This document shows positions 41,201 to 54,440 of a stretch of 63,847 nt of DNA, in pieces. The stretch covers positions 10,791,376 through 10,855,222 of the forward strand of contig CM119271.1 of assembly GCA_051294375.1 (NCBI GenBank), read 5' to 3'. A program made the position numbers and the translations under genes. Every line of letters starts with the position of its first letter. The stretch's first letter is position 1. The notes beneath the pieces are model-generated. The model was not told the DNA's origin. It was given only the letters and a program-made list of their open reading frames with translations, and ran no database searches. This stretch comes from Paraspadella gotoi. Its lineage: Eukaryota > Animalia > Chaetognatha.

Positions 41201-42279
41201 TCCTAAATTTTTTACCCATCGGGTCCGACGTCAACCGAGACGCATTCCTCGCACGCGGCGCATTTGTGACAGTGCGACAGCCCCAGCGAGAGAGGGACGC
41301 ATTTGTCCAGCAGACAACCGCACTCGTTCTTGGTCTGCTTGATGGTGTGACACTTGTCGCAGACCACCTTCGTGACGGGACAGTGATTGGGGGACGTGGC
41401 GACGCATTGGAAATCCTTGCAACCGCAATTGTCCACTGTGATGAGAGTTTCGCAAGTGCTGGAAATTAAAAAAATGAAAGTATATCCGTTATGATTGTCT
41501 CAATATGTATGACGAATTTTCTGATCGAAAAAATTTTCTACTGTACTTCCATTTTAAATATAAAGTTACCCTTTGACCTGTCCTCACCTTCTTATGTGCT
41601 ATGTATTTTATCTTTGGCTCTTTCTCCTTCCACTTCTGTATTTATTTCCATTTTTTGCCACTTTTTCAAATTTTGAAAAAGGGTAGAACTAACTGCATGC
41701 CTACAATACATCGACTACATATATTTGATAATAAATTTCGTTGCGAAAACGAATTATTTCTCTCATATTAACCCGATCACCATAAACAAGACTAAATTAT
41801 TTCAGTTTTACCCGAGAGAAAAAAGTTACCAACTTAACCTCGCCCAAACTCACCCGCAGTTAGGGGTGCTCGCCTTCGGACAAACGTTCCAGAGGCAGCG
41901 TTGCAGCTTGCAACCGCATTTGTCATCAGCCCTGAAGGTGTCCAATCTCTGGCCCTTTTTGCAGGTGATGTGCTTCAGTGGGGGACAGTGGCATTCTTTG
42001 TCTGATGAGGTAAGTTTCGAGGGTAAGAAAGCTACAAGACTTAGTCAATAGTCAGCCGTCATTTTTTTTGATAAATAATTTAAATTAATACTTCGAACTT
42101 GTGAAATAGTAATCGGACTATCTCTCAGAAAAAAATATTTATTTATGGACAAAACAACTAATAATTCATAAGCTAACGCAAAGAAAAAAATTAGGTCAAA
42201 TTTAAACTTCAAACTTGCCTGGTAAGGTCAACCCTTCCACAGCCGCCGCCGCAGCGAGAAACAAAACAAAGGAATACAT
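33130..42279 (-). CDS. Secreted cysteine-rich repeat protein with a C-terminal globular domain, about 13 exons
   Basis: Signal peptide MYSFVLFLAAAAAVEG (42279-42219); Cys-rich exons at ~42001-41855, 41459-41216, 39666-39413, 39131-38943, 38586-38453, 38140-37936, 37691-37560, 37141-37044 with C-x2-C...D/N-x-CGC-x4-C units; further exons ~36830-36749, 35381-35220, 34825-34697, 34094-33829 (FNGKGSDIEGWFAKDRV...YDGCPGDTG), 33278-33130 (...DADVVTISVL*). Apparent homopolymer frameshifts in the 38943-39131 exon. Confidence 0.75.
34225..34360. mobile_element. Short interspersed repeat (gctatcttgcccc...aagtggtataat); second copy 63380-63602
   Basis: Ends and core shared with 63380-63602; end motifs also at ~57088-57108 and ~58187-58200. 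Confidence 0.55.
35509..35715 (+). mobile_element. ~210 bp SINE-like element with tRNA-like boxes
   Basis: Close inverted copy at 44305-44514 and fragment at 60370-60472; A-box-like tggtgccggagg, B-box-like ggttctagcc, short ACA/ATA tail. Confidence 0.6.
35936..36668 (-). mobile_element. TRIM (non-autonomous LTR retrotransposon): LTRs 36668-36414 and 36190-35936, 223 bp internal region, ATAT target duplication
   Basis: Two 255-bp direct repeats differing at about 3 sites; minus-strand ends TGTGGCA...TGCCATA; PBS-like TGGTGAGCCCAAC 2 nt after the 5' LTR; purine tract ggtgggggatcc before the 3' LTR; ATAT at 35932-35935 and 36669-36672. Confidence 0.9.
39732..40714. mobile_element. 983 bp foldback non-autonomous DNA transposon, hAT-like
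   Basis: TAGAGCGTTG...CAACGCCCTA ends, inverted similarity along most of its length, 8-bp TSD ctaactag/ctaacttg. Confidence 0.8.
40800..41210. repeat. Degenerate minisatellite (aagccctaaatctaaat...) beside a splice donor
   Basis: Repeated aaatctaaat/gaagccctaaat units. Confidence 0.7.
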
Positions 42280-43280
42280 TTTGTTCTTTTGTCAAGAACA
42301 ATTTAATACTGCTGTGGAGATGTATATTTTTTAACATGGAATATTAATCAATAATATTGATTCAGTATATGTATTTTAATCAATCACTATCTCAATGTTA
42401 ATTAATTCAAAAAAACTTGTCCCTAACTTTAAACCATTCAGGGGTTTTAAAAGATTAAAAGTGAACTTTATTTATTAGATTGAAAAAAAATATTGGTTAA
42501 AAATCGATTTATTTCAAATGATAAGATTTCTCGAATTTCGATAAAATCGCGTCTCATATATTTTTTTTTAAAATTTCACGACATTTCGTCGACTCCAGGA
42601 AAAAGATTTTTTTTCTTCTCTATCCTACTTACCTTTTATTTTTATAGCTCCGCCCGCCTCCGCCAGTGGACTTCGTCAACGTCTTTTGTTTTCTCTCCCT
42701 GACGGGCGTCACAAAGAAGACGTCAAAAATTGAATTGAATCGATTGACTTTTTAAAAATTAAGAAAATGGAATTTTAATATTTACTCTTTCGTCAAAAAG
42801 TTCTTCGGTCCAATGAAATCCTCACCCAAAAAAAACTTTAAAAAGGATTTGGACGTCTTGAGATTTTGTGTTTGACTGAATCAAATATACAAGCGGAGGA
42901 GTCTTTCATTTTCTTTATAATGGAGTTGTCAACTGCGTATAGATCGAATAGTCTTGTTGTTCTCATTTCTTTCTTTCTTTCTTTCTTTCTTTATTTCTTA
43001 TTGAATCATCAATTTTCAAGTCGGTTGTAAAGTTTTTAGATTACACTTTCAAAATACTAATTTCTAAAAGAATTTATTTTTTAACCTCTAATTGTAATTT
43101 ATAAATCCGATACATTTTCAATGTACAATGAATGAATTAATCAATAAAAAATGAACAAATGAATGAATAAAGAACGAAAAAATAATGAGTAAATATCATG
43201 ACAAAAAATAAACGTCTACTATACATGTATTAGATGTAGAAAAACAGAAAAAAAATGCAATTAGATCAATACTTAAACAA

Positions 43281-46200
43281 TTAATCAAAGATGCAGCAAT
43301 CTTCAATTATCTTGAAAATAGAATTAATCAATTCCTTAGAGCTTTCAGCCATTTTTTGTGAAACATTGCTGCATGGGGCAGAGTTCAATTGAGGATAACG
43401 CATGAATTGATCATTTTTGAGAAGGGATGTCAGCTGAAATAGGAAAATAATCATGGTTATTAAGCGAGATAATCGTCAAACATAACATAATATTACCTCA
43501 TGAATTGGATTTATTAGTTTACTGTTGACGTCTTTGTTGATGATAGATGCACGAAGATTAATCAAATTGTGTGTATATAACTGACTACTGCAGATAGAAT
43601 TTTCTTTAATCAGTACTGCTTTTAACAGTTTTTCCACGGCCTGGAAAAAAGTATTGAAAGTAAAGAATTAAGAAGAAAGCAACGTTAAGCTATTTTATTA
43701 ATAGTTTATATATTGATTATTTATGCCAAACCGTCAAAAGAAAGACCAGCGAGTACTCGCGGAGCAACTCTATAAGTCACTTTTCGGTCGGTCTGTCCGT
43801 CGGTCTGTCCTACTTACGTTAAAAATGAATATAATTTCCCTATAGTTGGTTGCTCATTTGTTAAGACAGAAAAAAAACTCAAATCTAAAACTACCCCGTG
43901 TCCGTTCGCGAGTGTCACCAAAAAAAATGCTTACCATTGGATAAATATTTTCAAAATTTTCTTTCCTCATTCTATAGCAAAGTACTGAACGTTTATTGTA
44001 TTTTAATTTCATAAGATTTATTTGATATTTACTTATGTAAAACAACCTTTCTTTACTGGTCATCCAATTTCATCTTCAGTAAAAAACTGAATCTTTAAAA
44101 AAAAGAAAATCATTATAAATTAATTACTCATTAATTACTAAAAATTATTAAAATTCATTTACATCCTTAAATTTTTTTCTAATTGGACGAATTCTATAAA
44201 GAAAACTTAAGATTTACAATTAAAAAAATAAATGAAAAATCATTACTCAGAAATTACTCAACATAACGATAATTCAGATATGCGGAAGAGACAGTAATTA
44301 TTGTTGTATTAGTGACAGAACCGTTCAATATAAGCAGTTCCTGAGCTTCGGACCAGGCTGTAACACCATGTTACAGGCGGGTTAAGCGCCCCGTCCCTCT
44401 TAACTGCTAGGCAGCCACCAGGCTAGAACCCTGGACCTTTGGGTTGGGAGGCGAATGACTTGCCTCCGGCACCAATGGTCACTGATGAACGGTTGGTGGA
44501 TTTAGTCCACCATAATGCCCTTGATTAGTCCATTAATAGGGATTTCTTAAGATGTAAAACTTTTTTTAATGCAATCAAGAACACGTCTAAAATGGTCTTT
44601 TTTCGCGAATTTTACTGTGTTATATAAAAAATTAAACAGAATAGTAAATGAATTAAACACGAAATGAAACTTATACATAAAAAACGTCAAGCAGTTCTCC
44701 AACTAATGATATATTTATGAATTATATTTATTAAATATTTAAAGTATAGTAAAGATTTTGTTGGTGTCACTTGTGAACGGACACGGGGTATAAGGAATAA
44801 AAGACGGAATTCCGATGCAGTGTGTGTCATATATATGCAGGCTTAGCAAGAAAGTTAAGTCATGTCGCGTCATGTCATGTCATGAGAAATACACGTGATA
44901 AGTCAGTCACTGTGGCGCAACACATTTGAATTACCATTCTTGTTTAATAATTTGTAACCTTAAGCATATTCAAAAATAAAAGCGCTATATTAAATACTAT
45001 ATGAAACATAGTAAATGAAACACTAATAAAAAAATCATTATTAATTGATTTATAAATTAAAGACAGAAAGTGAGTCCCAAAAGATGACACAGACCCAGCC
45101 AATCCTTGGTAATTAAAACAAAATATTTGATTTTGTTACCTGAAAGCATTTATATGTGACCCAACAATTGAAAGATTCAGTTTTGACTGAATCTCGGTCA
45201 TAGTAAGCCTGTTTAAGCCAGGGTTTATATGTTCCAAAAGACGCACATGTCATTGCTTCTGGTTTGTAGAAAAGCGGTAATTCGTGAAAATAAGTTTGAT
45301 AAGCTATTGTCAAGAAATTTTGAACACTTTTTTTCTCAACTGCTTTCTCTAATGAGAGATTTGCACTGGGTTGTACTAGATCATGTACTAAATCCAAAAT
45401 TTTATCTGAACTAGATAACCAATCTTTTATTAAATGATCGGATACAATATCAGAATTTTTAGCTTTTTCTATAACAAATTGAAACATAATTTTGGCGGTA
45501 GAGTCATCTTGTGGATGATATTTAGGATTCCAACTTTCAACAATCAATCGATATACTTGCTTACAACTTTTTATTGGCAGCAAATCAGCCTTGGATAAAA
45601 TAATTTGAACTTGCTTTTTAGCAAGATAATCATTAATTGGATATGTAATGCTAATGGAATTGAAGTCATGAAAATGAAACATTTCTGTATAATGAACTGA
45701 AAAACATTGACTTCCACATAATATATCATATCTGTTATTCCACAAATCCACTCCTGATGTAATTACATCTTTAACTTTAGCATAAAAATAAGCCTCATCC
45801 TTACGGATACCGACTGTGTCACTGGGAAAAAATGGTACAAACTCCAATTGACCAACTCTAGAAATTTTAGTTTGAAAAAGCATCCAAATAAGATCTTCAG
45901 GAATTTCTTTTCCACTTTGACCCCTATCACCGAGAAATTGGGATAAAACTGTGACATCTTGGTCTTTTTCATTACTATTTAACTGCGTTGAAAGACTGAA
46001 GCTTTCTAATTCATCAATACAATATTCTTCTATCCAATTTTGATGATGTTCTTCATAAAGTGTTAAATCATTCTTAAACTCATTCTTAAGGACATTTTCA
46101 TATCCATGGATCATGGGAATATTATTTTTATTTCTGATAAACATCCAGAGTTGATGACACATTTTTAAGTATGCTTCTTGATCGTCAAAATGATCATTTT

Positions 46201-49200
46201 TAAATTTTTGCAAAAAAATTAGAATTTTTTGTAATATTTCTTGCAAATTTGTATTTTGTTCGAGAGCTTTATCCAAACCTATCTCATCAAATAATGAAAA
46301 CAAAGTTTCAGTTTTTTCAATTGAGGACTGCCAAGGTTCAATACGTTCTAAATCTAAAATATGATGCATTTCCTTTCGAGGCTTATTAAGAATGAATGCA
46401 AGTTTCATAATATTGGAAGAATCAAAGTTTATACCTAAAACTTTGAAAATTTCATTTAATATATCACCGAGTTTATTAAAAAAATTTGGATCTGTGTAAA
46501 AATTATGAGTAATGATTATATGCAATATACCTTTCTTAAATTCAAAATTGATACATTTTTCGAATTCTGAAACACTTCCATTTTGGACTTGATATTCGGC
46601 ATGAATTCTTTTCACACATTGAGTTAGTGAAGATAGGAACAGATCTGTTATCTTTTCAAACACTTCTTGTCCCTCTAACGATGTTTCATTGATAACCAAT
46701 CTTACAATACATTCTCTAAATTCGATGGAGCGTAACATCGTACTTACCATTAGTTGTCCACGACAACTTAAGACAGCATCGCATTCATTGGAATATGATA
46801 TTGTTTCTTCTGCGGATGCTCTAACCGATTGTGGTTTCAGATTATCAGGTAAATTGGAAAATAAACATTTGATTTCGTCATGAGTTAAAGAACCAGTCCA
46901 TAATGCCATTGTATCACTAATGGTCAAACTGTCATCAGCAATAAACAAACTTATGCTTTTAGAAAAGAGAGAAGCTTTTGAAAGCAGAAATAACGTTTTA
47001 GTATTTATAAACTGCTTACCTTCTCTCAGCAACTGAACTATTTTTGTCATTATTAATGAAATTTGGGTTTTTTCTTGCTCCATGTTTTCATTAGCGTTTT
47101 TCAAATTTTTTAACAGTTTTAAGGAAAGTGCATATTGATCCAATGATATTCGTTTCGTAGCTCCCTGTTTTAAAAAAAGAGCCATATATCCCCATAGTTC
47201 TGTTATGCAAGGATAAATAAAGGGACAAGCTTCTTCTTCCAAAACTTGTACAACCTGTTTTGGAAATACAAGCGCATTTTTATCTTTTACTAAAATATAT
47301 GGAAGTCTTGATAACTTGTCATGATCTTCATCAGATATTTCATCAATATGTATAGATAAATATTTATAAATTTCCATAAGAATTTCATTCCTCTTAATTA
47401 ATGGTTTTTCGGAATAATTGAAATAATTTTTTTCAATGATATTATTTAAGTGTAAAATAACATCAGAAATACTTGGCTTTTGTTTAATTTTTAAGCAATT
47501 TAGATAATGAGAGGATGAAACAGCTTTCAATGCATATGTAGGCAATACATTACATGAGGTAAAACATATAGTTTCAAATTTTGGTAGAACCGAATTTTTA
47601 AAACATAACGGATGTTTTTCAGGGTGACATTCATCCACGAGAAAATGGCATTCAGCAAGTTCACTCAGAAAATCATCATTTAAATTTGATTTATTCTGAT
47701 AAAAAATAAAAGAAAGCAGAACTGTAACCAAAAATACTTTTTTATCATGTTGAATATTTTTTATCTCATGGCACATCTTCAGAGAAATGGTATTTTTACA
47801 GTCAATAATTAATCCATTATGTTTCATGAGCTCATACCAATTTCCTTTTCTATAATCTTGTGGGAGAAGATGAATAATTTCTGTAATTTTTCCAAATTCA
47901 AAAAATAATGTTATATTATGATCATAAAAAAGTTGGCTGTTATAAAAATTTCCAGAAATCTCTACCAATTTTGCCGTAGTGAGGTCTTTCTTAAAATTTT
48001 CTTCAGAATTAGTGAGCCTTAATTTGAGTTTTAATGAGTTTAGCATTTGACTTAAATGATCTAAGTGAGATTGTCTTTTATTCAAACTCAAGTAAGAATA
48101 TGCTGGTAAAATGAATCGAGAATAAAATTCAAACTCATCAATTTTTTTACAGCCCAAAGCATCGTAAAGCTTTTCATAGACTTTTTGTTTTAGAAATACA
48201 ATCTTAGTAGTATTTAAATTTTCTAACTCTTCAGTTAAACCGCAACCAATAATGACCAAAGGTTCTTGATCAACAATGTTTACAAAACTGTTATCAATTC
48301 TTTGAAAAATTGGCAATTTTTTAATTTTATCCCAATCAGTTGTTTTTATGTCATTAACCTTGTAATTCAGATATTCAAGAATTTTTTCAATATCTTGGTA
48401 ATCGTTTTCTGAAGAATTTTGAGACAAACTTTTATTAAAAATTTGGATCATAGATGAAGGCTTCTCTTCTTTAGCAACTAATTTTGTCAACACGTTATTA
48501 GACAAAGCCAAAATCAAACCTCCTTTTCTTTTGTATAACTTTGAAAAATAACTATTTTCTGCAGAGTGGAGCACATTTCTTACATCGGATATTGGATTCC
48601 ACATTATTTGTTGGTCTACCTCTCCAACAGTAACAGGGACCAGACTAAGGCAAGTAGCAGATGCAAAAAAAGATTTGTTTTCATTTAAGCTTGGATGTAT
48701 GTATACCCTAGACCCGATCCGTGATTCGGTGATGTGGCAGGAAATAAAATTCCAAGCTCTTTCAATCCATTTTTCATGTTTTATCGGAATCATGATTTGA
48801 TCTTTGGCGTAGTCAGGAAACTCAGTTTTAAACGTTTGTATAAAATCATCAAGTGAAAATTTTTTAAAAACATCACTTTCGGTAGAAGTTGTAAAAATTT
48901 TGTTTTCAAACATAAATTGTGCAATAGATTGATGAGCAAACAAACGTCCGCTGTTAAAAAACATATCGGCGTACTCAGTACAATAAACTTTATCGTCAAA
49001 AACTCTGAGATATCCATCCTGAGTAACATTGAGTGGAAGCTGACATAAACTCGTGCTTGTATCTTCTGTTTTAGTCTTGTACAGATACGAAATCAACTCC
49101 TTGACCGTTGATGCTCTTTGAAAAGGAGTGTCTTCAACCTTTAACGGGAGTTTGCTTTTGAATTCAACAGCTGATTTTAAAAGTTTCATTAAGTTGTGTG

Positions 49201-52200
49201 GCTTAATTTTAAGAGGCTTTGTAGAAACCTCCGGAAAAGAAAAACATTTTAAAAATTCTTGAGTGTTTACAATTGTTGGAATAGAAACAATTGGAATCCC
49301 AATTTCAATCAATATTTCTGTGAGCTCGGGAGTTAAAGAGTCACAAATAAACCCTACTTCACCATTATATCGAATCAGGGAATCCATGATCGATACCCAA
49401 GATAGAAAATCACGTTTTAATTTTAAAGGAAATATGGACAAATTTTCTTTTGCAACCAACGAACAGAAGCCGCTTGCAACGGAACTCCAAGGATCATCTA
49501 ACTGATTTTGTAATGGAAACAATTTCCAAAATAAGTTGTTTGCATGTTCAATATTCTTAATTTCGTTCATAACCTGTATAAGACAATGAGGCACCAAATT
49601 AAACAACAGGTAATTGTTCCATTCAGCTCGAGGAGCCTTTTCATGAGTTGATTGCCAAAGGCTTCTTCGCGATGATTCAATTACGAAATGACCATTAATA
49701 TGAAATGGTAATTTTGTTTGAACTGGCATTGGTAAAAAACAAAACAGGTTGCCATTTATATGTTGTGTTTGCCAGTCATGAAGTGAAACTGCAATTCCAA
49801 CCGTAGGAGTTAGGTTTAAATTGTCATCTTTTATTTTGCCTAAAACCGAAAAGTCAAGTTGTATATTTTTCTGCATTCCAAAGCCATGCACTACCATCCA
49901 ATCAGTGGATGAATCGAATGTCAAAGTCTTCGTGCTTGTTTTTGCGTAGTATAACAGGTGATTAAGAGGAATTTGTTGTATATAAGTAAAATCTTTCTTT
50001 ATTTCAATATTATAATTAAAACATTTTTTTACAAATGAATGGAACGATCCCTTTACTTCTTTAGTAATTTCCAAGTTAAACGTAACTTCTTCCTTCGGAT
50101 CAAGATTATGGTCTTCAATGGTAGAAAATTTAATTTGCCTTAAATTTTTTAAAAACAATAGAGACATCTCTCCTTGAAATGAGAAACAGTTTCGAAAGTT
50201 TTCTATGTCTTGTATACTTATTGGTTGACCTAATTCATTTTTCTCAGAACGCAGAGGAAATCGAAACATAGTTCCTCCTTCCAGGGAAAAAATTGTTGGC
50301 AAATAACCTTCATAAACATCCTGATATGTTTCCTTCCAATCGCTATTGGGATCCAACTTCATACCAGGTGAATACTTATCTGCTCCTGGAACATATTTAC
50401 ACAATGGATCCATGATGCACAATACTTTATTATCAGAAAGAAATGAAGGTACATCGGTTATATGATAGACTGAATCGAAACCTATCCCATACTGCCCAAT
50501 CTTGTTTGGATCATTACCTTTTGAGCCAAGACCGACATCTTGAATACCTTCTAAATCTTCTTCAGAAAACGTTTGGTTATTATATACCAAAAGTGCTGGG
50601 CCTTGGGCTTTAATCCAACTTTCATGTAAAATATTTTTACAGCTTAATTCTCGTTTGTCAATTATAAAATGAATTTTAGTAGCCTTTGCATCATCAGCAT
50701 TTTGGATCAACTCTTTGAATATGCCATAATCCCGAGGATAACTTACAAGAACATTTTTTAGTCTTGTAACAAGATTTACACGTTGTCCAAATTCTTTAGC
50801 CCCTTTTGGGCGTGGGACCAAATGATTTTTGAAGATTTTTTCAGCCATATCAGGGATGGATAAAAACTTCAAAAGCTGTGGTGACAAATCTCGAGAGACT
50901 TCAAATGAATTGGCATCTGTTTTGCTTTCTATACGATTATAATATAAAGTAGAACATTTTTGAAGTCGATTCTCGATATCAAGTGCGTAGACTAAATTTA
51001 TGTCAAACTTGTCCCTTTGCTTTTGCAGATTATTTAAAATTTCGATTACAATTTCTTTATCCCTATTTTCTAGTGGATTATCTTTATATTTCGTTTTAAT
51101 TTTGTTAAGAATTTCAATTAATACATCTGATGTAGTATAATTAGGAATGGAAAGTGCTTTCAAAAAACCTTCACATTTTTTCCTGTTTATTCCAACGTGA
51201 AGTGAAAAAAGCCATGGCTCACAATTATTTCTTTCATCTTGAACAACCATGTTGCTTTCTTTAAATCCGTGTGGGGTAACAATAAGCTTTTCAGTAGTTC
51301 TTTCACAGAACAGCTCTTTGATTTCATGTACCTTCTTGTGACTGCTAAACCAGTTATATATCTTATCACATCTTCGCACATCTACCATATCCACATTTTC
51401 TGAAAGCCCAATTTTTGTACTGATTGTAGATAACTGAGATAAAACAGTTTCTTCTGATACATTATTTTTAATACCCAAAAAATCACACAGATTAGTTATA
51501 TCTTTATGTTTAAAACTTCCTTGCAAAAAAGTTATATCGAATACTGGAGCTACATAATCTACTAATTGATTAAGTTTGCTGTTAAACATTTGAGAACCAG
51601 AGTAGAAGCTGTGATTTTCAAAATCATTTTCTGAAAATAAGAATTTTTTCAAGCTAATCTCTGTCTCTATCTGTTTTGGACAATTAGATATGCCTTTCTG
51701 TAAAATAATTTTAATAATATCGTTTGACAGTTCTTTGGCTTGTTGAAATTTGCTACCAGATATATTTTCGATTTTGTTGATTCTTCCAAGAATATTTGTC
51801 CATTCAAAGTCTTTAATAAAGGTTTTCATCCCCAATAATTTTAAACTATTAAGTATTACCTGAGAATGGTAGATTTGATCAGGAAAACGGCAATCGGATT
51901 CTTCATAAAGTTTCGATAGCTGTTCTGAATTAGGATCAATCAATTTAATCGGTTTTTGGTAAATGCCATTAGCAAGAATGCATTTTGATTTTTTCATTTC
52001 TTTTTTTGCATTAGCATCAAACATCAAATTAATATTTGACGATGTTTCCCCTGCTTTGAGACATTCAATCACTATGTCATTTATCACTTGAGGGCTAAAT
52101 AAATCAAGGTGCTTGAAGAACATTGAGAGAATAAAACTTCCTCTTATGGTATTTTGTTCAGACCTGAATAGCTCAAGAAAAACATCTGAATTTACTTCTA

Positions 52201-54440
52201 TTATCCCAAGAGGCTGTTTTTTTATCGCCAAAAGATTTCCTTTCAGTTGCTGATTTATATCAGTTTTAATATATTGTAATAAGGTAGTACCATTCAGTTT
52301 TGATTCAAGGTATGCAGTATGATTATAGTCAAACCAATCTCCAGTATTCTTTGAATAAAATATTGCTGGTTGAGGGGATTTTTTTACTAAACTTATGAAT
52401 GCAGTTGAAAGAGGTTGCCAAACAGAATGTTTGCTCGAAAAACACGGCCATATTTGATGCCAGTTTTCAGGATCAAAGATTTTATTTTGTGCGATGGTAT
52501 TGAGACAATTCAATAAAGCTTTAAGAATTACTTCCTCGATCAAGACTTTGTTCCACTTTCCGGGATTCCACTCATTGGTTTTTTCATCCATCGTGGTTTT
52601 CCTCAATTCTCTTCTGTTCGAAGTGACAGAAAAATAACCGTTAATATGAAACTGGAAAGGATTTTCAATTGGAATAGGCAAAAAGCAAAAAGTAACGGCG
52701 TTACTTGATGACTCATTCATATTGACGGGAATGGGCATGAATTTATCTTGGCTCTGTTGGACGAGCTCAATTGCGATTCCTCCGACCGGTGATAAGCTCT
52801 CTTCGGGATATTGCTTTGACATAGAGAAAGCTTTCTCAGTACTAATGGTGTTTGATAACAAAAAATAATTTTCACAGGTTTCAGATTCGGCGGAATTTGC
52901 GATATTTTCGAGTGAATTCTTAATGCATACAACTTTTACCATAATGACCGAATCGACTTTGCAGTTTTTATTTGTTTCAAGTTTGATGGCAGAGGCGGCA
53001 TTCAATATTGATGAATGATCCAAAAGAGGTTTATCATACTGATGGCCGTATACCTTTGGATGCTTACTTAAAAAATCGTTTTTTTGAAAAACTGTTTCTA
53101 ATTTTTTTTCTGTGGAAAACAACTGTAAAGGTGTAGTTGTTGTTTCATTTTCAAGAATAATCGACACGGAAAACTTTTGCACGGATTGCGTAAATAACAG
53201 CAACTTATCAAGTTGGTTTTGCATAACATCAAACAATGAAAGTATGCTATTTTCGTCATACTGAATTTTGCTGATTTTCGAAACTCTCGCTTGTTCAGCA
53301 GTGCGCAGAGGGAACCGTAACAACGTGCCCGGCATTACGTCATCTGTTGCATTGATATCGCAACCGCACAAATTGTGAAACGCATTCAACTGATCTCCGA
53401 ATTGCTCCTTCTTTTCTGCGGTCAACTTCATGGTTAAACCGGTTGCCGGTAATCCTTTCAATTGTTTAGTCAGGTATCCTTCCTTTTTGTTTTCACTATG
53501 GGGGTCCAAGATGAGGAGCTTATTACCGCTTAGTATGAACGGGACATCTGTGAGATTATATACGGCGTTAAATCCTAATCCAAATCTACCCACTTTGCAA
53601 ACATCCTCCTGCTTGGTGGCGCCCCCAAGCTTTTTCAAATTGTGAAAATCGAACTCCGTAAACTTGGCATTGTTGAACGCTAACAAAGCCGGACCTTGCA
53701 AGTCGATCATTTTGGGATCCAAAAGTTTTGAAGAGTCACCGGATTGTTGACGTCTATCGAGAATTATACAGAAATGGATATTTATTTTTAAATAAATCAA
53801 ATGGGTAAAAAGGCTGTAAAAGCTATCAAGCTCAATCAGTTAGAATTTTTAAATTAGTTTCTTTACTTTTTACTTATTTTTTTTAGAGAAAAACATTTTT
53901 TAACCTGTTCCTAAAGACAATAATACTGAATTTGTTCAGCCTATTCCTTGACCTTGGCTTATAAATTTTTTTTGCTCAGTCATGGCGAATTTTAAAAAAA
54001 GCGATGGTGAGCTTGCTTCGATACAAAAGTCAGTTCAATTCTGTTGTCGCTCATTATGGGACTTTTTGAAAGACTTTATTAAATGCCGTATTATAATTTA
54101 TTTACATGAAATGTTCAAAAGCTTCATAGTATTAATGTTTCCCTTTTGCGTCATCCGGGGTATTAATCAAAATGACTTTTAACAAAGTTGCTTAGCGAAG
54201 ATTCACATTTAACAAATTGAAATTTCAAATCGTCAACTCGGAACTTTAAACAGTTCCATTTGCTTACTTGTCGTAAATGAGATGAACCTCGGTGGCCCCA
54301 GCGTCGTCGGCATTTTGGACGAGCTCCTTGGGGATGGCCAGACCGTCCGAGTATTCCTCGAGCAGTCGATTGATTCTTTGCGTGAGGGGTTCGGACTGGC
54401 CGCCGATCTCGATGTCGACGTCGTCCTCAAAGTCTGACAT
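43281..54440 (-). CDS. Sacsin-like protein, 4 exons (54440-54268, 53753-45140, 43640-43497, 43433-43281), ~3027 aa
   Basis: Two sacsin repeat regions with HSP90-like motifs (KELVQNADDAGA...GRFGLGFNAVYNLTDVP; KELIQNADDAKA...GQYGIGFDSVYHITDVP; FHINGxF), J-like segment VYRLIVESWNPKYHPQD, HEPN (WLKQAYYD...CFQ|AVEKLLKA...THNL...MRYP); all junctions GT-AG and in phase. Orthology to vertebrate SACS not established. Confidence 0.9.
43750..43865 (+). mobile_element. Fragment of a second HINE-like family (inverted copy 58815-58965)
   Basis: ctcgcggagcaactctataagtcacttttcggtcggtc(tgtc)n matches the reverse complement of 58860-58965, which ends in a hairpin plus A-run. Confidence 0.6.
43894..44788. mobile_element. 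895 bp MITE with ~30 bp TIRs and TA duplication (Tc1/mariner-like), carrying the SINE-like insertion
   Basis: ta|ccccgtgtccgttcgcgagtgtcacca ... tggtgtcacttgtgaacggacacgggg|ta. Confidence 0.8.
44305..44514 (-). mobile_element. Second copy of the ~210 bp SINE-like element
   Basis: Reverse complement of 35509-35715 with few differences. Confidence 0.65.

Noticed and set aside
44478-44500. CTGATGA as a hammerhead core in the SINE-like element
   Set aside because: No downstream GAAA or stem II.
45113-53800. 2895 aa ORF as a single-exon gene
   Set aside because: Its ends are intronic read-through; splice sites at 53753 and 45140 join the missing N-terminal ATPase motif and the HEPN exons.
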